Assembly: GCA_902783705.1 (NCBI GenBank)
Contig: CACZSA010000341.1
Location: 1-43,278, forward strand
Length of the DNA stretch: 43,278 nt
From: an uncultured Ruminococcus sp.
GTDB taxonomy: Bacteria > Bacillota > Clostridia > Oscillospirales > CAG-272
Direction of reading: 5' to 3'
Part shown: piece after piece, positions 26,956 through 34,799 of the stretch
How positions within the stretch are numbered: the first letter of the stretch is position 1
How the letters are laid out: every line of letters starts with the position of its first letter
Program-made: the position numbers and the translations under genes
The notes under the pieces: model-generated
The model's database searches: none
What the model saw: only the letters and a program-made list of their open reading frames with translations
Told to the model about the DNA's origin: nothing

Positions 26956-26972
26956 TGCGGATTTCGGGAGAT

Positions 26973-27791
26973 TCAGTTCCGGCATCCGCAGTCAGAGGCG
27001 TTCGGGGGATTCATCTGCGCGCCGCCCGTCGAGGAGAATTCCGCCGTCGGGAACGCCATCTGCCGGAACAGCGCGCAGGCGTCCTCGACTGCGGGAGCCG
27101 CGCACTCCTTTTCGGGGACGTTGTACTCGACTGCGTTCACGAGGTACTGCGCCGGACGTTCGATCCGCACGACGGAGAAAAAGCCGAGGGAGACCGTGAG
27201 GAAGCTCTGCCCGCAGGGATCGGAGAGGGGCGAGGAGATGCACGCGCACACGCGGTCCGGGATCTCGTCGCAGGAGCAGCAGCACTGGCACGGCGCGCCG
27301 CAGGTGAGGATCTTCGAATCGAGGACGATCGGGTCGACGACCTCGAAGACGGCGACTGGGAGGGTATTCGCGCCCGTGCTCTGCCCGCTGCCGCAGCATC
27401 CGAGCCCTTCGAGCTCGCTCTTGAAGACGCTCACATTCCCTTCTCCGCCGAAGAGGATGACCTTCTTCTCGACCGCCGCGACGCCGTCGAATTCCTGTAC
27501 GTTTCCGGGACCGAGGCAGGCCTCGCAGGTGATTTTCGTATAAATGCGGATCAGAAGCTGATAGAACCCGCGGTTGAACGGGACGCTGTCAATATCGATG
27601 CAGGACCACAGGACATGCGCGCTCTTGGCCCGGATGTTCGAGGCGCGCCCGAGGATCTCGTTCCCGCATCCGCCGAGATACACCCGTACGTCCTCAAAGC
27701 AGTCCTTGTCGCGGCAGGAGTCGAGGACGCGGTAGGTATCGATGCAGATCATATCCTTCGCTCCCCCGCAGCTGTATCTGTTGTCGGGCAT
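26973..27791 (-). CDS. cysteine-rich hypothetical protein (272 aa, 23 Cys by my count)
   Basis: Start at ATG 27791 (GGAAGGA SD); the track start at 27881 lies inside the upstream terminator. Clusters GCCGSG, CGAPCQCCCSCDEIPDRVCAC and C-terminal DCGC. Confidence 0.7.
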   Translation of the reverse strand: MPDNRYSCGGAKDMICIDTYRVLDSCRDKDCFEDVRVYLGGCGNEILGRASNIRAKSAHVLWSCIDIDSVPFNRGFYQLLIRIYTKITCEACLGPGNVQEFDGVAAVEKKVILFGGEGNVSVFKSELEGLGCCGSGQSTGANTLPVAVFEVVDPIVLDSKILTCGAPCQCCCSCDEIPDRVCACISSPLSDPCGQSFLTVSLGFFSVVRIERPAQYLVNAVEYNVPEKECAAPAVEDACALFRQMAFPTAEFSSTGGAQMNPPNASDCGCRN

Positions 27792-27845
27792 TTGTTTTCC
27801 TTCCTTTCTGCTCATTGACATGAAGAAGAGCACGACGCTCTTCCC

Positions 27846-27857
27846 TATCATGATATG
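27846..27857 (-). promoter_or_regulatory. second copy of the CATATCATGATA motif
   Basis: Identical 12-mer to 6489-6500, here 55 nt upstream of ATG 27791. Confidence 0.3.
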
Positions 27858-27879
27858 AGGAGGCGGGGATTTTGACAGC

Positions 27880-27913
27880 AAAAAGAGCCGCCCTCCGGTG
27901 TGGAAGACGGCTC
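27880..27913 (-). terminator. terminator after the P-loop gene
   Basis: Minus strand: GAGCCGTCTTCC-ACACC-GGAGGGCGGCTC (12 bp including G.U pairs), followed by TTTTTG. Confidence 0.8.
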
Positions 27914-27926
27914 CGCGAAGTGATGC

Positions 27927-28337
27927 TCAGCCGATGTATTTGAGGACGGTCTTCGAGGCCTCGGTCGGGTCGATCGACGAGGTGATGAAGAAGTTCGTGC
28001 CGTGCTCCTCGACCAGCTTCTCGATCTCGTTGAGGAAGCGGTCAAAGCTCTCGGTGTCGTTCTGGCAGATTTTCAGAGCGGAATCAATGAAGATATCGCC
28101 AACGTCGTGGTTGCTGGCAAGGATTCCCGCGACGAAGCCGAACAGGGACTGCCCGTCTTCGATGAGATACCGGTCTGCGTCGATCAGTCTGCACTGGTAG
28201 CGGATATCGTACTTGAGCTTGTCGCCCTTTTCGATGCAGACAACCGCGCCGTCGGTGGTGTCCACCGTGGTGTTGACGAGGTCGATGAGGGTCTTGGTCT
28301 TGCCGGAACCTTTCTTGCCGATCATGAGTCTAATCAT
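27927..28337 (-). CDS. minimal P-loop NTPase (136 aa)
   Basis: Walker A GKKGSGKT at residues 7-14 and Walker-B-like DIFIDSA. GGAGGAG SD. It begins 36 nt downstream of pgi with no terminator in between. Confidence 0.7.
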   Translation of the reverse strand: MIRLMIGKKGSGKTKTLIDLVNTTVDTTDGAVVCIEKGDKLKYDIRYQCRLIDADRYLIEDGQSLFGFVAGILASNHDVGDIFIDSALKICQNDTESFDRFLNEIEKLVEEHGTNFFITSSIDPTEASKTVLKYIG

Positions 28338-28373
28338 CAGATAACTCCTCCGTTTTTGATTTCTTTTTCCGAT

Positions 28374-29711
28374 TCAGTTCATTCTGGCTTCGAGGACGGC
28401 TCTGTGCTCCTCGTAGCCGGGCTTGCCGAGAAGGGCGTACATGTTCTTCTTGTAGGCCTCCACGCCGGGCTGGTCAAACGGGTTGACGCCGAGCATGTAG
28501 CCGGAGACCGCGCAGGCGAGCTCGAAGAAGTAGACGAGCTGGCCGAAGTGGTATTCGTCGCGCTTCCCGACCTCGATGACGATGTTCGGGACGCCGCCGT
28601 CGTTGTGTGCGAAGAGCGTGCCGGTCATCGCGCGCTGGTTGATGTCGTGCAGGGTCTTGCCGGAGAGGAAGTTCAGACCGTCAATGTTGTGCGGATCGTC
28701 CGGGACGGTGATGCGGTCGTTCGGCTCCTTGAAGTCGATGACGGTCTCGAACATGGTGCGCTGACCGTCCTGGATATACTGCCCGAGGGAGTGAAGGTCG
28801 GTCGAGAATACGACGGATGACGGATAGAGGGACTTCTGATCCTTCCCTTCGCTCTCGCCGTAGAGCTGTTTCCACCATTCGGAGAACATCTGCGCGGCGG
28901 GTTCGTAGGAGACGAGGATCTCGATGCACTTGCCCTTGTTGTAAAGAATGTTGCGCAGGGCGGCGTAGCGGACCGCTTCGTTGGCGGCGGGATCGGACGA
29001 GGTGTACTTCTCGCGGGCGTCTGCGGCGCCTTCCATCATCTTGTCGATATCGATGCCGGCGACGGCGATCGGAAGAAGGCCGACGGCGGTGAGGACGGAA
29101 TAGCGTCCGCCGATATCATCCGGAACGACGAAGGTCTCGTAGCCCTTTTCGGTCGAGAATTCCTTGAGCTTGCCGCGGGAGCGGTCGGTGGTGACGTAGA
29201 TGTGCTCGCGCGCGCCTTCCTCGCCGTACTGCTTCTCGAGAAGCTCACGGAAGATGCGGAAGGTGACGGCGGGCTCGGTGGTGGTGCCGGACTTCGAGAT
29301 GACGTTGACGCAGACGTCGCGGCCCTCGCAGAGGCGGAGAACGTCGGCGAGCGCAGACGGGCTGATGGAATTGCCGATGAAGTAAATGTCCGGGGTGTCC
29401 TTCTTCAGGTTGTTGTAAAGGGGCGAGGTGCAGAATTCGATCGCAGCGCGCGCGCCGAGGTAGGAGCCGCCGATGCCGATGACGACGAAGACGTCGCAGC
29501 TCTTCCGGATCTTCTCCGCGGCGACCTTGATGCGGGCGAATTCTTCTTTATCATAACCGACCGGAAGGTCGACCCATCCGAGGAACGCGTTTCCCGCGCC
29601 CTCTTTCGACAGAACGAGCTCATGCGCGGCTTTCGCGATGTGCGAGATCTTCTCGACCTCCGTGTCGGAAATAAACGGTTTGGTGTAGGTTTCGATGAGT
29701 TTGAGTGCCAT
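28374..29711 (-). CDS. pgi: glucose-6-phosphate isomerase
   Basis: [11 protein letters not shown] and the overall Firmicute Pgi pattern. Start set at MALKLIETY (ATG 29711), because the -10 box at 29791 lies inside the track extension. Confidence 0.85.
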   Translation of the reverse strand: MALKLIETYTKPFISDTEVEKISHIAKAAHELVLSKEGAGNAFLGWVDLPVGYDKEEFARIKVAAEKIRKSCDVFVVIGIGGSYLGARAAIEFCTSPLYNNLKKDTPDIYFIGNSISPSALADVLRLCEGRDVCVNVISKSGTTTEPAVTFRIFRELLEKQYGEEGAREHIYVTTDRSRGKLKEFSTEKGYETFVVPDDIGGRYSVLTAVGLLPIAVAGIDIDKMMEGAADAREKYTSSDPAANEAVRYAALRNILYNKGKCIEILVSYEPAAQMFSEWWKQLYGESEGKDQKSLYPSSVVFSTDLHSLGQYIQDGQRTMFETVIDFKEPNDRITVPDDPHNIDGLNFLSGKTLHDINQRAMTGTLFAHNDGGVPNIVIEVGKRDEYHFGQLVYFFELACAVSGYMLGVNPFDQPGVEAYKKNMYALLGKPGYEEHRAVLEARMN

Positions 29712-29790
29712 AGCAGTTTTCTTGAATCCTCCGTAGACGTCTCCGTCGGCGGGTTCCGGCGGGGAGCGGTGAAAAAATTTTGTCACTCTT

Positions 29791-29799
29791 ATCATACAA
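29791..29799 (-). promoter_or_regulatory. extended -10 (TGTATGAT) for pgi
   Basis: Revcomp of atcataca at 29791-29798. Confidence 0.4.
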
Positions 29800-29834
29800 C
29801 ATTTTTCGCCGCTTTTCAAGCCCTTTGCGGAGAT

Positions 29835-30989
29835 TTATTTCCCGGATTTCAAAAACGCTGTCCCGAGCATCCTCCAGAGGAGCCCGCAGAAGCCGATCCG
29901 AGCGACCGTCGACTCCGCCGTCACGGGCTCCTCGCGCAGGACCTCGCCGTCGAGCAGATACCGCGCCGTCCCGATCCGCTGACCGGCTTCCACGGGCGCG
30001 GATACCGCCTCGTCGAGCAGGATCTCCGCCTGCACCGCCTTGTTCTTCCCTTTTTCAAGGAGCATCGAGACGGACGGCGTCACCGCGCGGCAGACCTCCT
30101 CCACACCGCCTTTCACCGGGACCTCGCCGCATGCGCCGCCCGGGCTTTCATAGAGCGAATACCCCGCGAAGCCCCAGTCGAGCAGCTCCTTCGCCGTCGC
30201 GTTGCGGATATCCCTCGTCGGCGCGCCCATCACGACCGCGATGAGATGCATCCCGTCCCGCTTCGCCGTCGCGCTCATGCAGAACCCCGCCTTGGACGTC
30301 GATCCGGTTTTCAGCCCCGTGATCCCCGGATAGAAGCGCACGAGGCGGTTGGTGTTCGTCAGCCCGAACGCGCCGTCCCGGATCGAATCCATCCAGATCG
30401 TCGAATATTTCGTGATCGTCTCGTGCGAGAGGAGCGCCTTCGACATGAGGGCGATGTCATACGCGCTTGTCAGGTGCTTCACCGCCGTGTCGTCGAGTCC
30501 CGTGACGTTCTCGAAATGCGTGTTCACCATCCCGAGCTCCCCCGCCCGCGCGTTCATTTTGGCGACAAAGGCCTCCTCGCTCCCCGCCACCCGTTCGGCG
30601 AGAGTCACGGCGGCGTCGTTTGCGGAGGCGATGATGACGCATTTGAGAAGCTCTTCCGCCGTCATCGTCTCGCCGGGTTCGAGATACACCTGCGATCCGC
30701 CCATCGACGCGGCGTAGTCGCTGACCGTGATTTCCTCGTCGAGCGCGATATTTCCGGCGTCGACCTCCTCCATGAAGAGAAGCAGGGTCATGATCTTCGT
30801 CACGGAGGCCGGAGGCAGCGCGCGGTCGGCGTTTTTCGCGTAGAGCACTTCCCCGCTCGACATCTCCATGAGCACGGCGGATTCCGCGTTCACCTCGAAC
30901 GGGATTTTGTCGGGGATCTCCGCATATGCAGGCAAGGCGGCGAGGGTGAGCGACAGGGCAAGCAGCAGGACGGACAGGCGAAACTTCAT
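29835..30989 (-). CDS. serine-type D-Ala-D-Ala carboxypeptidase (PBP5 class)
   Basis: Signal peptide, SVTKIMT (SxxK), SAN (SxN) and KTGST (KTG). Confidence 0.85.
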   Translation of the reverse strand: MKFRLSVLLLALSLTLAALPAYAEIPDKIPFEVNAESAVLMEMSSGEVLYAKNADRALPPASVTKIMTLLLFMEEVDAGNIALDEEITVSDYAASMGGSQVYLEPGETMTAEELLKCVIIASANDAAVTLAERVAGSEEAFVAKMNARAGELGMVNTHFENVTGLDDTAVKHLTSAYDIALMSKALLSHETITKYSTIWMDSIRDGAFGLTNTNRLVRFYPGITGLKTGSTSKAGFCMSATAKRDGMHLIAVVMGAPTRDIRNATAKELLDWGFAGYSLYESPGGACGEVPVKGGVEEVCRAVTPSVSMLLEKGKNKAVQAEILLDEAVSAPVEAGQRIGTARYLLDGEVLREEPVTAESTVARIGFCGLLWRMLGTAFLKSGK

Positions 30990-30996
30990 AAAATAT

Positions 30997-31044
30997 AATC
31001 ACTCCCGAAACATGGATGGCTGTCCATAGTGTACGGGAGTGATT
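30997..31044. terminator. long hairpin (11-bp outer stem), probably the terminator of the MoxR operon; it overlaps the carboxypeptidase SD
   Basis: AATCACTCCCG (30997-31007) pairs with CGGGAGTGATT (31034-31044), with an inner ATGGA/TCCAT. The minus-strand 3' arm contains GGGAG just before ATG 30989. Confidence 0.55.
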
Positions 31045-31083
31045 CCGTTTTTATTCCTTCCTGCGCGGGAAATGCCGCTGGCC

Positions 31084-32565
31084 TCAGAAAAGATACCGCT
31101 TGATGACTGCGCAGATATCCCCGAGGATGCGGGCGGCCTCTCCGTCGTCCGGCGTGTGCCCGGCGTAGCGGACCGATTCGAAATCTGCGGTGATCTGCTC
31201 GATCTCGGAAACCGCCAGCGCATGGGCGACCTTCGCCTTGTTCTCGCGCGGGGTGTCGGAGATCTTCAGAGGAATGTTCATTTTCTTGTACATCCGGAGC
31301 AGGACCGCGTAGGCGTAGCAGAGCTGTTCGTCGTAGGTCCGGAGTCGTCCGAGACGCTGGAGGAACAGGCGGTAGCTGTCCGTCGTCGCCGCCATGGCCT
31401 CGTAGTCGCGGATCCCGGCGTTCTGGAGCTTGCGCCGTTCGTCCCGGTAGTTGTAGGTGCCGTCCTCGGCGTTCGGATCGAAGGAGGACTTGATGATCGA
31501 CGAACCGATGAGGATGGTGTCGATGAACTCGCGGAGCCAGCGGAGGAACTTCTGCACAAGCCCCGTCTTGATTCCGACGATGATGAGCAGGACCGCGGCG
31601 AGGAGCAGCACGAAGACCGCGACGATGTACTGGTTCTCGGGCGTCATCACGCTGTGCCGGAACATCCGCCCCGCCTCGTCGGAGTCGACGTAGTCATACG
31701 CCTCGTAGCTCGTGGAATTGTCGACGTTGTGAAACGCGCGGAAGAGGATGATATAGAGGAGCATCCGCAAGAGGATGGCGATCCCCGCAACGGCGACGAA
31801 CGCGATCCCCACGGCGACGGCGAACGCGCAGAGGAGTAGCAGGACGAGGAGAAGATTATACCGCCGCTCTTCCCCGGTGATGACGGAGACGACCGATCCG
31901 CGGAACCGCCTCTGCAGATTGCTCTGGTTGTAGATCACAAGAACGCACACGAAAAAGATCGCAAACGGCAGACCGAGGGAGAGGGTCGAGAAGGCGGAGG
32001 TGTCGATCCCGAAGGCACGCGCCGTGATCCAGAGGAAGAAGCTCTCGATGAAGAAGAGCACGCATCCGCCGATGAGCGTGTAGATGTTCGAGAGCCGCTC
32101 GATCGGATAGAACCAGATCACGCAGCCCGCCGTCGACGCGAAGAAGAAGAGCCCTGCCGCAAAGATCGAATAGAGGACCGTGTAATAGACGAGCCGTCCG
32201 TCGGAGAACGAGGCGCCCGATTCCGCCAGGCCGGAGAGCCAGTGATCGAAGAGGAAGAAGATCCCGAGGGAGACGGCGAGGTTGACCGCAAGCGGGATGG
32301 CGGCATAGGCGATGCGGAACCGCCCGAGGACGCCGTTGCGAAAGTCATCGAAGCCGTCGTGGGACGCGCGCTTCCCCGTCACCGCGCCGAAGAGCCACTG
32401 CACGCCGTAGCCGAACATGGTCGAGGCGGCCGCGGCGAACGGCAGAACGGCGACGGAATACGGAAAGACGTTGCCGAGCAGGATGAGGAAGAGCGGGATC
32501 ATGAGCATCGCGACGCCCGCCGCCGAGACGATATTGAAAACTCTTTCGTAGCTTTTGTCCGTCAT
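31084..32565 (-). CDS. polytopic membrane protein with a DUF4129-like C-terminal domain
   Basis: Start at the second ATG (AGGAGG 6 nt upstream). ~10 hydrophobic segments, then a soluble tail. Last gene of the MoxR-DUF58 cluster. Confidence 0.65.
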   Translation of the reverse strand: MTDKSYERVFNIVSAAGVAMLMIPLFLILLGNVFPYSVAVLPFAAAASTMFGYGVQWLFGAVTGKRASHDGFDDFRNGVLGRFRIAYAAIPLAVNLAVSLGIFFLFDHWLSGLAESGASFSDGRLVYYTVLYSIFAAGLFFFASTAGCVIWFYPIERLSNIYTLIGGCVLFFIESFFLWITARAFGIDTSAFSTLSLGLPFAIFFVCVLVIYNQSNLQRRFRGSVVSVITGEERRYNLLLVLLLLCAFAVAVGIAFVAVAGIAILLRMLLYIILFRAFHNVDNSTSYEAYDYVDSDEAGRMFRHSVMTPENQYIVAVFVLLLAAVLLIIVGIKTGLVQKFLRWLREFIDTILIGSSIIKSSFDPNAEDGTYNYRDERRKLQNAGIRDYEAMAATTDSYRLFLQRLGRLRTYDEQLCYAYAVLLRMYKKMNIPLKISDTPRENKAKVAHALAVSEIEQITADFESVRYAGHTPDDGEAARILGDICAVIKRYLF

Positions 32566-32578
32566 GTTCCCCCTCCTT

Positions 32579-33802
32579 TCATTCGTCCGCATAGGTCCGG
32601 AAGTGGACCTCGATGTCCTCCGGGATGATGTGCGCGTTGATGCTCGTCGAGGTGATGTAGAAGATCACCGTCACGCCCATCTTGCGCATCGCGTAGGTGA
32701 AGTTGATCATTCGCTCGTCGAGATAGGACGAGACGAAGATCATGTTCCCGCCGCTCGTGTAGGCGTAGGGATTCTCGAGAATGTGGTCGAGCATCTTCTC
32801 GATCGGCACGGAGATCATCAGCTCGAGCGTTGCGAGCATCCGGAGCGCGCCGATGACGCTCGGAGTCCCGCGGAACACGGGCGAGACGAAGACGGCTTCT
32901 CCGACTTTGTCCTCCGGCGAGCGGGCGGCGTTCATGTCGTCCCCGAACTGCCCGGGCGGCGTATTGCAGATAAAGCGCACGGGAATGCTCTCCGCGGCGA
33001 CGCCGTCCAGAATCGACGCGACGACCGTCATGCAGAGCTCGACCGGGGCGCGGTTGGACGGCGGACCCGGGATGACCTTCTCGATGTCGCGGGCCTGCAT
33101 GTTCATGATGATATTGAACTGATGGCGGTTGGTAAATTCCTCGAGGTTGGTCATGAGCGAGCCGCGCACCGCCGTCTGCGTCCAGTTGATCCGGTTGATC
33201 GGTTCGCCCGGCACATAATCGCGGACGCCGGCTTTCAGCAGCGGATCGGTCAGCAGGCTCGACTGCACGAGAAAGTCGCCGCTCGTGTAGCGGGAAGCCG
33301 TGAAATTGCGCTCGAGGTCGATGGCCTTCGGCAGGACCGCGACGGTTGCGGAGGAGACGCTCTTGTCCGCTGCGATGACCTTCACGACGGGCGAGGTGCC
33401 GAACACGTCGTCGGCGAGGAGCGTCGCGTCCCCGAGATGATAGGTCCCGCGCACGTCGCAGCGCACGCGCCAGCGTCTGCGCACCATCTGACGGCTGCGC
33501 AGGACAAAGATGCTGTGGATGACGCGCGGATAGGTGTCCCGCTTGACGTGCGTCTTCGGATCCTCCTCGAGAATGTGGAAGGAGAGCCCGTCTGGCAGCT
33601 CCGTGTCGACCTTCAGAAACGGCAGCGGCAGGAGCTTGTTGTTCCTGATCTCCTCGTACAGGTAGATCTCCTCGCCCTCGAAGACCTCGAAGACGGAGAG
33701 GGATACCGAATATTCGAGATCCTCGAAAGCCTTCTTCCGGAACACGCGCGCTTCGATCGTCATGACCGCGACGGCGGCGAGGATGATGGCGATGTAAATC
33801 AT
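32579..33802 (-). CDS. DUF58-family protein
   Basis: 407 aa. N-terminal TM segment. Its size and its position directly after a MoxR ATPase are typical of this family. Confidence 0.65.
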   Translation of the reverse strand: MIYIAIILAAVAVMTIEARVFRKKAFEDLEYSVSLSVFEVFEGEEIYLYEEIRNNKLLPLPFLKVDTELPDGLSFHILEEDPKTHVKRDTYPRVIHSIFVLRSRQMVRRRWRVRCDVRGTYHLGDATLLADDVFGTSPVVKVIAADKSVSSATVAVLPKAIDLERNFTASRYTSGDFLVQSSLLTDPLLKAGVRDYVPGEPINRINWTQTAVRGSLMTNLEEFTNRHQFNIIMNMQARDIEKVIPGPPSNRAPVELCMTVVASILDGVAAESIPVRFICNTPPGQFGDDMNAARSPEDKVGEAVFVSPVFRGTPSVIGALRMLATLELMISVPIEKMLDHILENPYAYTSGGNMIFVSSYLDERMINFTYAMRKMGVTVIFYITSTSINAHIIPEDIEVHFRTYADE

Positions 33803-33811
33803 GGCGCGTCC

Positions 33812-34759
33812 TCAGTCGATGGGGGCGCGGACCGTGTCGATGATCGCCTCGATGACCTGCTCGTTCGTGTCGGTGAGCCGGATCGTGTTCTGCGATCGCG
33901 TGATGATCCGGTGGGACAGGACGGGCACCGCGACGCGCTTGACGTCGTCCGGGAGAACGAAGTCGCGCCCGAGGATCCCGGCGAACGCCTGCGAGGCCTT
34001 CATCAGGGCGAGGGTCGCGCGGGGAGAGACGCCGAGTCGGAGACGGTCGCTCTTGCGGGTGGCGTCTGCAATGTTGACGATGTAGTCCTTGATCGGGTCG
34101 CTCACGGTGATCTTCGTCACACAGTCGGAAGCCTCGCCGATCTCCGCCCGCGTGCAGACCGCCCTCAGCTCATCCACGGGAGACGCCGCGCCGTAGGACG
34201 AGAGGACGTTTTTCTCCGCGTCGTGATCCGGGTAGCCGAGGGAGAGCTTCATGAGGAAGCGGTCCATCTGCGCCTCCGGAAGCGGGAACGTGCCCTGCGA
34301 TTCGATCGGGTTCTGCGTCGCGATGACAAAGAACGGATCGTCGAGGGGATAGGTCACGCCGTCGACGGTCGCCTGACGCTCGCCCATGCATTCGAGGAGC
34401 GCGGACTGCGTGCGGGGCGTGGTGCGGTTGATTTCATCCGCAAGGAGGATGTTCGTGAAGACAGGACCGCGCCGGAAGACGAAGTCCGCACTCTTCTGAT
34501 TGAAATAGTTGACGCCGGTGATGTCGGAGGGGAGCAGGTCGGGGGTGAACTGGATGCGGCGCGTTTCGGCGGAGACGGATTTCGCGAGGGCTTTCGCGAG
34601 GGTCGTCTTTCCGGTGCCGGGGATGTCGTCGAGCAGGACGTGACCGCGGCACAGAAGGGCGGCGACGACGAAGCGGATCTCGTCCTCCTTCCCGTAGATC
34701 GCGCGTCCGATGTTCTCGATGACCGCGTTCGCGGTTTTCGAAATGGTTTCGCAGTACAT
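33812..34759 (-). CDS. MoxR-family AAA+ ATPase
   Basis: Walker A DIPGTGKTTLAKA and Walker B LLADEINR. Start at ATG 34759 (AGGAG SD) instead of the track TTG at 34774. Confidence 0.85.
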   Translation of the reverse strand: MYCETISKTANAVIENIGRAIYGKEDEIRFVVAALLCRGHVLLDDIPGTGKTTLAKALAKSVSAETRRIQFTPDLLPSDITGVNYFNQKSADFVFRRGPVFTNILLADEINRTTPRTQSALLECMGERQATVDGVTYPLDDPFFVIATQNPIESQGTFPLPEAQMDRFLMKLSLGYPDHDAEKNVLSSYGAASPVDELRAVCTRAEIGEASDCVTKITVSDPIKDYIVNIADATRKSDRLRLGVSPRATLALMKASQAFAGILGRDFVLPDDVKRVAVPVLSHRIITRSQNTIRLTDTNEQVIEAIIDTVRAPID

Positions 34760-34799
34760 GGCTTTCTCCTTCAATAAAATCGGCTTGTGGATCGGGGAT

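Noticed and set aside
31084-34759. MoxR-DUF58-membrane protein as a novel system.
   Set aside because: This three-gene module is a widespread, already described arrangement, although its function is poorly understood. Only its linkage to the 803-aa gene is reported as a low-interest finding.
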